A DNA stretch of 63,410 bases, the filler included, from Reticulomyxa filosa (taxonomy: Eukaryota; Protista; Foraminifera): NCBI GenBank assembly GCA_000512085.1. It is 18 parts of 18 records of this genome, joined end to end, with 100 filler letters (N's around TTAATTAATTAA, not from the genome) between each part and the next. Parts side by side here need not be neighbours in the genome. Positions count along the whole stretch, not along the records: positions 21,960 to 26,894 come from ASPP01020647.1; positions 26,995 to 33,000 come from ASPP01007116.1; positions 33,101 to 36,597 come from ASPP01010959.1; positions 36,698 to 38,924 come from ASPP01004384.1; 14 more parts are not named here. One strand, written 5' to 3'. A program made the position numbers and the translations under genes. Within the stretch, counting starts at the first letter, position 1. Every line of letters starts with the position of its first letter. The notes beneath the pieces were generated by a model, which saw only the letters and a program-made list of their open reading frames with translations, searched no databases and had not been told where the DNA came from. Positions 26,022 through 39,024 of the stretch are shown in pieces.

Positions 26022-26750
26022 GTATATATGTATATATGTATATATGTATATATGTATATATTTGTGTAATGCTTATTCAACCAACCAAAAAAAATCGAAA
26101 GTAAGTGCTTTTTTGTTGTGGGGTGACTTTGACACGATACATTCGCTCTTCGTCACTTTTGTCTTGAACGCGCTTGGCAAGACCCCCGTTTGTTTGGGGG
26201 AGGAGGAGGAGGGCGTGATTGCTATTGTTACCATTTGTGTTGGTGGTGACGATGATGTCGTGGATTTTGGCTTGCACGGTGTCGAGAATGGCTTTGACGT
26301 CGAAGAAAGATTCGTTTGTGACAAGCAACTCGATCATTTGCGTCATGCCCAATTCGATGAGCTGAATGAGGGACTTTTGGACACTGTCAAAGAGCTGATT
26401 GGCGCGCACCATTTCGAACACTGCGTTCTGAATGTCGGGCAGCAGCTTGATGCGCAGCAAATACTCTTTTTCCAGCTGCATGTCAAAGTGGCTGGCCGAA
26501 GACAGCTTCAATGCACTATTGTCCATTAACTCAGCAGACACCTTGGCGAGCTTTTCTTGCGACTTTTGATATTCCATTTCCATCTGTTGCTTGTACGCCG
26601 CAATCCACGCCTTCTCGCACGTGTTCAGGTCGCGGTCTTCGCTTTGCAAGATTTCCATCACGTCAAAGTGCAATGGATATTCGTCGAGCAGTTGGCCTGC
26701 CAGTTGTAAATAATATTTCAATGACTTGTCGACATCTCGATTCATGCGAT
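24376..26750 (-). CDS. VPS41: Vps41-like HOPS subunit C-terminus (CHCR repeat + RING-H2), multi-exon, 5'-partial
   Basis: VLLLHRMGTYGEALQVLL...MNKAV.YIQKQGDESMWHKLV (clathrin heavy-chain repeat), IPDDLHVPQLRQKLLTLLQEY, and RING CTIC...VFFCGHYYHQLC...CIRC. One-nt frame break near 25490. Confidence 0.78.
25681..25733. repeat. (GAC)n microsatellite encoding poly-Ser in the Vps41-like protein
   Basis: Run of acgacgacg... read as SSSS on the minus strand. Confidence 0.9.
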
Positions 26751-26842
26751 ACCTATTATTATATATGTAACATTGTTCCTTTACAATTTTGGAAGGAAGG
26801 AAGGAAAATGGAATTATATGAAAATGGAATTATATGAAAATA

Positions 26843-26843
<1 letters not shown>

Positions 26844-26882
<39 letters not shown>
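26844..26882. repeat. (CAA)n microsatellite, preceded by a 16-bp tandem duplication (aaaatggaattatatg x2, ~26805-26836)
   Basis: Directly visible in the sequence. Confidence 0.85.
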
Positions 26883-26883
<1 letters not shown>

Positions 26884-27390
26884 GCACAAAACAGNNNNNN
26901 NNNNNNNNNNNNNNNNNNNNNNNNNNNNNNNNNNNNNNTTAATTAATTAANNNNNNNNNNNNNNNNNNNNNNNNNNNNNNNNNNNNNNNNNNNNAAAAAA
27001 AAAAAAAAGGAGAGAATCCAATGATGAGCAGTATGACAGTTTCAAAAAAAAAAATGGACATAATTCAGAGAGAAAATGGAAGCATGACAGCAACAGAGAG
27101 TCATGCGAGAAACATGGCAGAGAGTTATGTTGCGAACAGAAAGTACACAAACAAAAATCGGATAAAAATAGAGAAAACAATGACTCTCGAGCGTGTGACA
27201 ATGGCAAAGATAATCAAAACTATTCATTGGACAAGAGTAGTGATCACAGCAGTGACAATGAGATTGCCCGACAAATTCGAGAGAGACGTAGTCGCATGGC
27301 AAAAAAAAAGAAAAAAGTTTCTTTTTTTAAAAAAAAAAAAAAAAAAACAAAACAAATTTGAATATATATAAATGTGTTTATGTGTTTCAG

Positions 27391-28688
27391 CAAGAAAAGC
27401 TATTGTTAATGGCTCAAAGGCCAAGACATCAAAGCATTTCTTACTTGTTACAATTGAGACAAAATCGTCCTCAAACCCCGACCTCGAGTGATAATGACAA
27501 CAAATACGACGCGTCAGGGACGGAGAACAAAGACAAAGAAAGGAAATCCGGAAAACGCGGTTTGCGGAAGAAGCTGTCGTGCCACGAGGACGTGATTTGT
27601 TGCAATACGGAACTTTGGAGCCATCATTTTAACATTCAAAGTGTCGGTGTCGCTCCAAAGCTAATTGGCATACCTGCAGACTTGTTATGTGTGATAATGT
27701 CGTTTTTGCACACATTTGAAATCTTCCGACTGTGTCGAGTCCATCCAACATTGAATTTTCTTCACAATGGAACCATTGCGGCGGACGATCCGCTGTGGAT
27801 CGATTTGGTGGAGAGGGATTTTTCCTTGGCCAAAGACAGAATGCTTCCCATATTGGATTTGAGTGAATACAGTGACGAGATACTCGATTACTGTTTGCAA
27901 TTCAATCCCAAATGGAGTTCGCTCAACTGCGAAAATCAGAGTATGTTGTGTCGCTTTACTTTTGTTCGATCTTGGTTGTTGCTACACCACTTGCACATAT
28001 CCAAACACTCAAAGCGTGGGTCAAATTTTTATTGGCGCAATACCAGCCCGAAGCCAATTATCGACAAGTGTATCGGGTATTGTCGTTTCATCGACACCAT
28101 CCCATGTTGAAAAAGTTTTGCGATCGAGATGGATTACACACACTAGGTCGTGAATATTATTGTCGCTTTGCCATTCATTTGACACATCTCAATTTGCCAT
28201 ACGTATTTTGCTTACCAAATGGTATTAACTGCGTCATTTTCTTACATCCCGATATCAAATTGTATCAACCGTGGCAAAAGGCATCCAAGTACTTACATCA
28301 TCCTGTGTCCGATGAATGGCTTGATCAATTTGGACACAGCTGCTATTTTTCTCCTGATTTGCCTAACATTTGCTACGACTTGCACGAACCGATTCCTCCT
28401 TTAATTAGACAAATTGCCACAGTCCATTTAGACGATGGATTCGACGTGTCCATCGACGAACCATTTTGGAGCAGTTACAGAGGCAGACAATACTGGCCGC
28501 AAGACAATCTATATTATACCCCATACCAAGACATTGCCAGATCCAGACGTATAAAATTACAGTCTTCAGAGCTGAGACATTTTCAAAAGAAAGAAATCGA
28601 AACTGCATTGCGAAGAGTGCGATCATTGATTTTCACGTTGCGGTCTTTTCAACCAAATACAGTACAGCAATCTATAAATCAGGGATAG
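27391..28688 (+). CDS. F-box protein (frame break near 28100)
   Basis: LIGIPADLLCVIMSFLHTFEIFRLCRVHPTLN...DDPLWIDLVERDF is an F-box motif. The C-terminal half lies in ORF 27912-28688. Confidence 0.7.
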
Positions 28689-30784
28689 TTGTAAAATCAT
28701 TTTGAATTTTTATTTTTCAAGCACATGGTGTAAATGTTTAACTCATTGTTTGTTTTCTCGTTTTATTGCCTCAAATTAAAAGGCTTCATGTTGAATTTTT
28801 ACAAAATCAGCCATCTATCTCCGCTTGAAGATATTATATCTTTTCAACCTCATTAAAATTTATTTTGAAAATATTTTCTAACAATTGCTTTTATCGTTTC
28901 ATTTCCTGTTTTTTTCTGTTGACTTATTTCATGTGAGTTCTTATTTTTAATTGAAAAAAAATGTACGGATAGTTTGGCCATATTGTTTTCTTGGTAGTTG
29001 ATGGGAAAAATATTTCCAATAAATCCTATTTTCTCTTAAATTTCAAAATATTGCCAACATTTCTTTTTTGAAGTGATCATTTCGATCATAAAACAACCTT
29101 GTTCACAAAACAATGCACGTATAATTTTACTTCAACAGTTACAGTAGCGTGCAAATATGAATATAAAACAAAAAATGTTTCAAATAAAAAACAAAATTAC
29201 AAATAAAAAGTAACATACTTGCATAAACAAAATTGGAGAAAGACAAGTAATCCACTCTGTGGCAAGGGGTTTCCCGAGAAATTAGTAACTCTCCTGAAAA
29301 TTTTCAACCTTTTCTTTGTTTTTTTTCTTTTGACCACATTTAAACCTTTTAGTTGATAACTCTTTTAGAGGGCTGTGTTAATTGTCCAAGAATATGTTCA
29401 AAACAAACCAGTAATTTTTGCCTCTGCAACGCAGACGTAAACTGTCAGTAATTGCTCCCAATGAAAATTCAAATCGCTTTACAATTTGAATTCGAAGTAT
29501 TGTTATTCGTAATTTACTGATTATTGCCAAAGTGATTTTTTTATTGTAACAAAAGCACAAGGTGGTAATACGGTTTTGTACTTTAAAGAAAAGAAGCGAT
29601 GGCACATTATTGTATTTTTTTCTGATTGCAAACGTTTCTGACTGCCGAAACTGAAAAAAAGAAATCTTATTAAGACAATAAACAGAATTTGAATGGAAAC
29701 AAAACAGCTTGTAGATAGTCTAACCCATAGATACAAATAACAAACGAAAATCCAACAATTATTAATCATGACATTTTATAATAAAAACAAAAAGTATGAA
29801 CACTTCCACTTTACACTCTTGCTGATCAAATTAACAGTTCAATTTCAATCTTTCATGGACTATCAAAAAGAAAAAACAAAACGGCCCACAATCAATTTGA
29901 ATTTTTCTTGAGGCTCAAAAACTCATTTGCCAGGTTCACAATTAAATTTTTTGTTGCCGTAACGATCATCAGTTAACAAATATCTATTTCCAATGACAAT
30001 CTTCATTCTGGACAAGAAAGATTTTGCACTCAATGTTGCAAAAACGAGTTTTTTTGGCAGGTCTTTGGCATTGAATTCTATTGTGCGTAACATTCGAATT
30101 TGATACGATGCATAAAGGGGATTAGAAAGTTCTTAAATTAGCACTTGCACACAAAAGGAAAAAAAAGGTCAAAAACATTGCGTGAAGGTTTTTGCAATAT
30201 ATTTAATACAAGTATTTACTTAATACATTTAATTTTATAGCACTTCTCTCTTTGTCAAAACAAATCAAATAAAAAATAATTAAAGCCATTTTCAACCGCA
30301 AAAAAATTTACAACTTATAAATAAATTTTATTTTTGTGGAAGTAAGCCTCTATCCAAATCTTTACAGTAAAATTTTTTGTTAATATTCTGACAGCGAAAA
30401 TAAAGAAAAAAATACCAGAACAACAGTATAAAGTATTTCAGTCTGCTTCAAGAACGTAGGTCCCTCTTTTTATTCGTTCAGAACTTCTGGTCTTGAGAAG
30501 GGGAATTTTTTTCGGATCTGATTAGCACTGATTTATTAACTAAATATTGTAGATCTGCAAACAAGATAGCTCATCGATTGTTAATTTTACCTTAGTTTAT
30601 TCGTGCAACATTACAATACGTGTCCGCAACATGACAAAAACAGACACAGGGTCGTTTTCAAGCCAAGCCTATTTTTCAGCTGTTAAACTAACTACCAACA
30701 CTTTTTTCTTCTTTGACCAAAAAATTAAGAGAGTATCTTAATTTTTTCTTTTTTGATGGAATTGTATAATTTCGGTACTGGTAG

Positions 30785-31501
30785 ATGCTTAAAGAATGTA
30801 ATGATAACTGTGTAGTAATTCAAATAGATGAAAAGGTGACGGTAATTCCACAAACATTTTGCGTGGGAGTAATACAAAACAATAACAAGGCATTTTTCCC
30901 GGTCACGCTCGTAGAGAAGGATTCCAGAATTGAAGACAGTATCAATTCATACATGAATCTCCAACCGAACGTATTTTTCGTGCCCCTAAATACGGACGCA
31001 ATCTCGGACCCCAATGTGCATCCAAGCACACTCCGTCCAATTGTGGCTAATGAAGAAAATGACAACAAGGACACAACATTTGCAAAAGACGATGTATACG
31101 TTCGTAAAGGTATACAAGCAATTACCTTGAACTTTTTTTTTTGGCAACCTCTTTTGGATACCAAAAAGGTACGATAAATAGACCATACAAACACAGATGA
31201 AGAAACAGACACGCTAAAGAGAGATCAAAACAAGAACAAAATTAAACCTATGGGAGATGGGCGCTACCATTGCGTGTATTGCACCAAACATTACGCGGAC
31301 CGAAAAGCCTTGAGTCAACATTCACGGTTGCATGATCCCGAATACGATGGTTGTCACATATGTGGAAAAAAGTTTGCGCGAAAAACCTTTTTGGAAGATC
31401 ACATTCGAACACATACTGGAGAAAAGCCGTTTGGGTGCCATATTTGTGGCAAATATTTTCGATGTAAACGTAATCTGGCCCAACATAAAACGGTATCTTG
31501 A
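30785..31501 (+). CDS. C2H2 zinc-finger protein (exons 30785-31109, 31182-31491, possible further exon)
   Basis: Three fingers: CVYC...HSRLH, CHIC...HIRTH-TGEKPF, CHIC...H. A phase-1 GT-AG intron at 31110-31181 joins the two ORFs in frame. Confidence 0.88.
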
Positions 31502-33103
31502 ATTAAGGAAAAGAAAGGGATTGTTAATGTAGTGCCAGGAAAGGAAGCTAGGGAGAGGGGAGAACATAAGGCCAGGACATACAGTGTTATGTATGTCAGA
31601 GTCAATCCTTATAAAAAATTTTTGTCAGCTAGGCTCTCACAAAAAACTGCAAACACCAAACAACAGAGACATACGCAGATCAAAATCTTTCCTTAACCAT
31701 TGTGCGAACGTGTATCGTTCGAAACAAAGTCTACGCTATCATGTGAATACGGGCATCAAATGACGCAATTCTGCGTAAATAAATCGCTAATTTTTGATTG
31801 CAGTCGCTGTTTTTTTTCTTTTTTTTTTTGTCCTAATTTTTATTGTTCGTTGTTTGCTGAATTGGTGGTTGCCTTGCTGCTTACTTGTATTGTCTTTTTT
31901 TGTTTTTTTGTGTAACGACAGCATATGTTTCTCTTTGTCTGATTCAGTGGTATCTTTTGCACTCCTAATCTTGCTGCAAAATGTTTGCTTATAAGAATTA
32001 ACTGTTTTGTCAAATTAGTCGTTCATAGAGATCTAATTGAGTTTAAATAAAAAATTCTTTGAAGGTTTTGGGGAAACTTTTTCATTATTTAAAGAAATAA
32101 TTAAACATCATCACTGATCAAACATTTGATCATCAACACTTGTTTGGTTATTTTGTGTGATAACAGTGTTTGGTGTGTATTTGTTGATCATTTTTAAGAA
32201 AATATCTTGATTTAGGAGTTGTGAGCGGCGTTGTGGCACAAAAACTGTGTTTTGGTTTTCCCCCAGTGCTAACTTTCCTGTCTTCAAAATCAACTGATAC
32301 TACATGGCCAATTTCGTCTTATCTTGAAAGCAATAGCCAATTTGATGTAAAACATCTATTTCCAAAAGTCCCAGCATATGGCATTACGATTTTACAAATG
32401 AATTTGGCGATTATTCATTCGGCTCGATTAACCTTGTGCTGTTGCGTATGTGTTAGGAATAGAAAAAAAATGTTCGAATTCGGCTACGCACAACAAGAAA
32501 TTGAATGTAATGTCTTAGACAGTCAATTCCAAATCGTACTCGTATTCTACAGATCCTGGGATCTAAAACGGCAAAAGGTTTTTTCGCATGATATTTTTGC
32601 ACCTAGTTCACGATATACCAAATTGGATTTCACGTGTCTAATGTGGTTCTTTAATGCAGGGCAATTTTTCGCCCTAAAATATTTTTTGAAGAAAAATCGA
32701 GTACCAAAGGTGGACGTTTTTCAGAAAATTGTCCATAACCACAAAGAGTTTTTAGCTCCAGACAGGAAGGAAAAAACATGCGAGTGATATTAAAGAAAAA
32801 GTGAAATTCGGTGTGATCAACACATTCCTACCAAGCCCTGTGATCAAAAACACAGGCAAATCGCAAGGCTAGAATGAAAATTGGAGATTTAACTTGTCAG
32901 AAAATTTTGCAAAGTACAAAAAGACAAACCAACAATATTATGCCATGTAACTCCCACCTGAAAAAATACAATTTTCCGAGTATTTGCAAAAAAAAAAAAA
33001 NNNNNNNNNNNNNNNNNNNNNNNNNNNNNNNNNNNNNNNNNNNNTTAATTAATTAANNNNNNNNNNNNNNNNNNNNNNNNNNNNNNNNNNNNNNNNNNNN
33101 TAA

Positions 33104-33158
<55 letters not shown>

Positions 33159-33159
33159 A

Positions 33160-33891
33160 TACCTGTGCTAAGAATGCGATGTCTAGTCCCACAACGTAGG
33201 TCTTTGATTCCAGTGGTGGAATGAGGGAAATACAAACACTCTTTAATTTTGGGCTGGTATCCCACAGCGAAGAGCTCCTGGACGTGGTCGAACAGGTAAA
33301 AGATTTGTGGGGAAATGTGCACTCGATGAGGGGTGCGCGACGCTTGTCGAAAGACGTCTGATTGCTCGTGATGCCACAGGCGATAACCCAGGGCACATAC
33401 CTTAGCTTCGTCTTTCTGCTGACGTGCTTCAGTGATCTCCGCCATCAATCTCTTGATTTCGGGGTCCAACATTGCCATAATAGCCTCTCTATCGGCTATA
33501 TCCTCGACCAATGCTTGGATGTGGTTTATTAGCGACTCCACAAACGAATACGCTAACTCGGTGTTATGCTCGTCCATTTTGTCTTCTATGTCGTTCCATT
33601 CGCCAGGCATGTCTATTCGACCATATTCCTCCAACAGCTGCAACTGATTCGTTATCGTTGTTTTACCCACTCCCCCCGTCCCAAGCAGTGCTATTCTCAC
33701 CTCCGATCTGTCCAAATATATTCCTCCCTTTTACTCTTCCCTCTTTTCTACCTTTTTTACACAAAGCGAATATGTACACATTACACGTCTGATCCTGGAA
33801 GATAGACTTGCTCAGTTTCAACAAGATTATGTCGTTTAAGCAGCGCATTTGAACTGAAATAGGTAAATATCTTGTCAGAATGATTGCCCAT
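33160..33891 (-). CDS. Divergent heterotrimeric G-protein alpha-like subunit, 3'-truncated
   Basis: Predicted first exon MGNHS.... Then VRIALLGTGGVGKTTITNQLQLL (G1), a helical domain with 'LW...YLFDHVQELFAVGYQP..KECLY', and switch I 'HSTTGI'. Confidence 0.75.
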
Positions 33892-35121
33892 GACTGAAGT
33901 ACCTCAAAAAAAAAAATTCTTTTTTTATGTTAACTAGAGTTAATGAAAAAGTATCATATCGCGTGTAAAATTCATGCAATCACGTATTTACAGCTTTCCA
34001 CGTGCATCAATCCTGTGGAAATTTTTTTATTTGGAAATTGATTTATACATTTTTGTCTTACAGTAACACAGAAAGTATTTCATATAATCATTCTCAGCAC
34101 ACAAAAGATTCCATGTCAAGCAAAATATCAATTTTTTTAAACAAGTGTAGGAAGTTGATTAGCTTGCATATACTGGAACGTTAAGTGTAATACGAATATT
34201 TGCTCTTTAAGCAATCTTTCAAAAACAAATTAGTTTAAATAAAATAAGAATATAAATAATAACGACAATAACAACAACAGAATAAGATATGTTGTAAGAA
34301 AATGTAAGTAAATAAGTTGTTGTAAAAAAGTGATTTAATGATTTACTCATGAACTTCCCTTTACACTGTCAGTGCCTTGCCCTACACAAGTTACTTTTAA
34401 AAAAAAATTTCAAAAATTTTTAAAATGTGTCTTGCATGTACAATGAAATTATATTTACATTTGATTATTTTTTATAAAGTCCATTTAATAATATAAATAC
34501 ATATTTATCTTATGTATTCTTTATTTGTACAATAATATTTTCAAATTTACATAATTAAACTAATTTTAATATATATATATGAGAAATACCAAAAATCAGC
34601 ACATGCTTGACACTTTTTTAAAAAAATGTATTTGAGTTACTTATTAATTGTGGTTAGACATGTGGTTTTGTTCGAAGTCGAGTTGTCATCAAATTTAAAT
34701 ACAGCTTCTAGATTTTGATCCAGTTTCACAAGTAAAAATTGTAGAAATCTATCTCTTGTTTTTCGATATTTTTGTCACACATGATCATGTATTGTATTGA
34801 TTGCAAATGTTACAATATATATATCTAGTCATAAATAAATAAATTAAGTTTGTTTGCCAAGCAAGTTAATTTTGTACGCGTAATCGAAAATTTGCATGAA
34901 GTACTTTTTTTTGCAATTTTATAAAAGATTTTTATTTTCATGTTTAAAATGCCGCAATCTGAAAGAAGAAGCATGGGCGCAGAAGAGAAGAAAGTCATTT
35001 CAAAGGGAGCAAAAAAAAAAAAAAAAAAAAATTTGTATTTGAGTAATATTTAGTTACAACATGTGCGCAACACAAAAAAAAAAACTGACAATTACAAACA
35101 GAGAAATCCCACATTGAGAAA

Positions 35122-36554
35122 TCATCTGTCGGCCTCCTTTTCTTCATCAGATTCACCTTCTACAGATTGAGGGACTTCACCTAAAGGAACCAAATGAGAA
35201 TGGTGGCCATTATTAGCTGTACTTTGTGTAACAGAAGCTGATTCTTCTGAAGGGTTTTCTTTTGCCATCAACGACACTCGGCGTTTGATTGGATTGTCTT
35301 CGACTGTTTGCGGAACGACCCCTTGTGCCATGGATTTCTGTTCTTCAAAACGTACAGACAACCTTCGGCCCAAGTTCTTTTGTCTCTCTTGAAATTTGTG
35401 AGCCTATTTTGCGTCCAAGCAAACAAATTGAATTGTGAAACTGTAAAAAAAGGGGGGGGGTAGGGGGGGGACGGACAATGTTATGTTTTAAATATTTAAA
35501 GAATTAGATATAGAAGGAGAAAAAAAAAACAAAACAGCAGAAATCAAATCGCTTTTGAGTTTGTTGGCTTCAGCATCTTGTGCTTCTTTCTTTTTCTGCA
35601 ACATTTCTTCAATATTTTGACGCTTGCTTCGTGACTTGAATAGATTGGCACTTGAAGGACTATTAATCTCACTGCCATTCGTTAGCTTTCTCTGTCGCTT
35701 TTCTTTTTCTTTTTTTCGCTTTTCCAACGCTTGTTGATGATCTTTTTCCAATTTTATTAGCATTTGTTTTGCTGACTGTGTCGCATTATTTTATAGTTAT
35801 CAAAATATTTGTATACGTATATACATATATATATGTATATATATATTAGTTGATAAGCCCTTTATCATTATCACATTAAATATATATACATATATATGTA
35901 TATATGTATACATATATAAAGCACCTCCAATGAGTCCAAGAATTTTTGAATGATTCGCAACAGCGACTCTGGTCTGGAGTCTTCCAATTGAAATTGAAAG
36001 AATTGCGCAGTGGCGAGGCCAATTTTAATTAGGTTTTGATATTTGATTTTTAAATTTTGCATATCTTCTTGGCTTCTGGAAATGAAATCTTCCATAAACG
36101 TACAAAAGTGCTTGGTATCACCATCAAAGTAGTCTTCTCGTAATGTGCGAATCAATGCTTCTAGAGATTCAAATTGCTCTTTCAATGCTTTAATCGTTTT
36201 TTCCAATTCGGCACTATCGACTATATTATTTGTATGTTACATAAACGCAGTGTGTGTGTGTGTGCACGTATGCATACACAATAATATACAAATATATACA
36301 TATATGTACACATGTATACGTATATGTACATGTACATATATTATATGTCAAGTAAATGAAGATATTGATGTAATGCATATGGAAGTGTGTATGTGTGTGT
36401 GTGTGTTTGTCATTGAACAGTACTTCGGCTGGCAGTTTTGAGTAAATCCAACTCTTCAAATATACAGCTGGATTCTGGATATTGATTGTATGCCACTTCA
36501 TATAAGTACATTGTCAAAGTTTTACGACCACTCAAATCTTTAATTCCATCCAGC

Positions 36555-36556
<2 letters not shown>
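35122..36556 (-). CDS. Formin FH2-domain C-terminal part, multi-exon, 5'-partial
   Basis: LDGIKDLSGRKTLTMYLYE...FEELDLLKTASR (36425-36553), FCTFMEDFISRS...ATAQFF...PESLLRIIQKFLDSL, then a K/E-rich coiled coil. This is the typical FH2 tail. Confidence 0.8.
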
Positions 36557-36592
<36 letters not shown>

Positions 36593-36772
36593 ATTTTNNN
36601 NNNNNNNNNNNNNNNNNNNNNNNNNNNNNNNNNNNNNNNNNTTAATTAATTAANNNNNNNNNNNNNNNNNNNNNNNNNNNNNNNNNNNNNNNNNNNNATA
36701 TATGTACATATATATATGTATATATATAATACATATATGCATATATGTATTATACATTCGATACGTCAAATA

Positions 36773-37067
36773 GCTGGACATGTTAGATCGACTCAAAAAA
36801 ATAATGAACATGTCCGTTGAAAATATTGGGTTTCCGACTCCTTTGCTGCTGCGCGCGAGTGATGCTTTTTTCATGCACTTCAATACTTTGCATTGCTGGA
36901 TGAACAACTCCAAATCCAATCAAACCCAAATTTTCTTAACTGCAAAGTACCACTACAAAGATCGACTCGTTGATGGCTCTGTCAGCAACATCTCGAAAGC
37001 GAAACAGTCGGCCATGGTCGATACGTTCAGTGAGTTCCCTGGCGTTCAACGGTTTTTTAAGTATTAA
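36773..37067 (+). CDS. Terminal exon of a hypothetical protein
   Basis: AG acceptor after a (TA)n intron, 98-codon open frame ending in TAA, followed by T-rich 3' sequence. Confidence 0.45.
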
Positions 37068-37417
37068 CTCTTATCTTCTCCTTTGACCAAATCTTGGTTT
37101 TGCTTGATTTGGTTTGGTTTGGTTTTGTTGCTTAGTATATAAGTTTTTGTGTATTTTTTTTTTTTTTTTTTTTTTTGCTAAATTTTTCTTCCTAATCATC
37201 TCTTTGATTGGTCGTGTCCAGTGTCAGACCCACTACATAAAATACTCGTTTGGAACATAAAAGCAGGAGAAAAAAAAGTTATGCAATTTTTTCATTGATT
37301 TCACAGCAAATTCTTCAAGGTGGTGAAATGGCATAAAAATGGGTTTGTTCAAAAGGGGGTTTTACACTTTTTTTTTTTTCAAGTGACATAGAGACAGAAT
37401 TAGAATTTAATTAAATA

Positions 37418-37966
37418 ATGTCCAAGTGGAGAAAGTTTGATACTTCAGAACCAGAAACAAAATTCAAAAGTAACGAAACTGCTACGCGTTCAGCGATTAC
37501 CGAATGTGAACAGCTCTTGTTGAACATAACTCATCCTTTAAATGAACCTTTGAAAAATTTGATAAAAGAACATATATCCACTTTGTCAACTTCAACGCCT
37601 GAGGAACCCATAAAAAGACAAAAATATGAATTCAAAGGGTATGAAAAGTCTCCAAAGGGACATATAACCGCTGTTTACAAAGGATGGATTGAGTTTGATT
37701 TTGAGACAGAAGCAATAAACGGTTCTTTGACAGAAGAAGAAACCACGTACACAATGAAAGGAAAATTTGACAAAAAGAAAAACATAGTGAAAACACTAGA
37801 TAAGTGGCCCGTTGGAGAATATTCACATTTGGAAGACGACACCAAACATCTGCACGGCCATTGGGGCGTGTGTCACTGGAAAAATGGTGTCGTTGATTTT
37901 CAAGGTAAGAGGCTAATTATGGAAAATGTAAAATGGAAAGACTTCACGGAAGTTTTAGAATGGTGA
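37418..37966 (+). CDS. Single-exon hypothetical protein (182 aa)
   Basis: ATG-to-stop ORF with protein-like composition in AT-rich flanks. No family recognised. Confidence 0.6.
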   Translation: MSKWRKFDTSEPETKFKSNETATRSAITECEQLLLNITHPLNEPLKNLIKEHISTLSTSTPEEPIKRQKYEFKGYEKSPKGHITAVYKGWIEFDFETEAINGSLTEEETTYTMKGKFDKKKNIVKTLDKWPVGEYSHLEDDTKHLHGHWGVCHWKNGVVDFQGKRLIMENVKWKDFTEVLEW

Positions 37967-39024
37967 ATCTTTTTTTTGTTTGTTCAATCAGCACAAATTT
38001 TTATCACATAACTTAAATTCACTACATATCAGACAGTACTCTTATGCATTCCAAATAATATTTTTGTATCAATTATCAAGTTTTCATATATATTGTTTAT
38101 TGTGAGTTCAAAACCAATTTAGCTCACTACAATAACAAACTCATCTTCTATAACAAACTTGTTTTTTTTATATTGACAACAGAATTTTACAATATGTAAC
38201 CGCTCAAAAACAACTTGATAATAGATTCTTTTATAGCGCGTATCAAAATGAATTGAAATAACGTGAAATGAATTTTCAATAAAAAAAGTAAATTAAATAA
38301 AAAAATAACTCACAAGACACAAGACAATGATGAAAATTAAAAAACAATGAAAAAATTTTGGTGAAAGTCAAAGGAAAAGTTTAGGTAACAAAAAGATTCA
38401 ATTTACTTCAAACTTGTAATAGTTAGCATAAAATTGACATATAAACTTGTCAGACTTGACAGCACAATCTGGCAGCAATAATGTAAATCTAAATATATTG
38501 ACAACTGCAAGTAAAAAAAATTAAATCAAAGATAATCTATTAAATCAATATTCGGTCATACTTCATTAAGGTGTTTATAACCCATTAAAAACTGATTGCT
38601 GTCTAACTAAGTGCTAAATCAATATTTTTTCACCGGAATTTCACCAATGTGTTCGCGTTTGTCTATAGTCACAGACATGTTTGGTCATTTCGAATTTTTT
38701 GACTAATTTTTTAAATAAGTCCTTAGTTCTTGAGTCATCACTTATTAAAATAATATAATACTAAACATAATACAGTATGTTGCAAAGAAAACTGAACGCC
38801 TAAAACATATCTTATGATGATAATTGATTTTCTAAATGAAAAATCAACATTTAGACCTAATTTTTTTTTATTATTTAAAAAAATATCTACAAGTATTGTA
38901 GTTTTTAAATATGATATTGATTTTNNNNNNNNNNNNNNNNNNNNNNNNNNNNNNNNNNNNNNNNNNNNTTAATTAATTAANNNNNNNNNNNNNNNNNNNN
39001 NNNNNNNNNNNNNNNNNNNNNNNN

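Noticed and set aside
25964-26062. (TA)n/(TATG)n tracts (also ~18320-18440, 33105-33155, 56808-56950) as structured RNAs or elements
   Set aside because: They are simple intronic microsatellites whose self-complementarity is trivial.
32221-32787. 188-aa ORF in the region after the zinc-finger gene
   Set aside because: Non-ATG start, no motif and intergenic-like composition. It cannot be supported as a gene.
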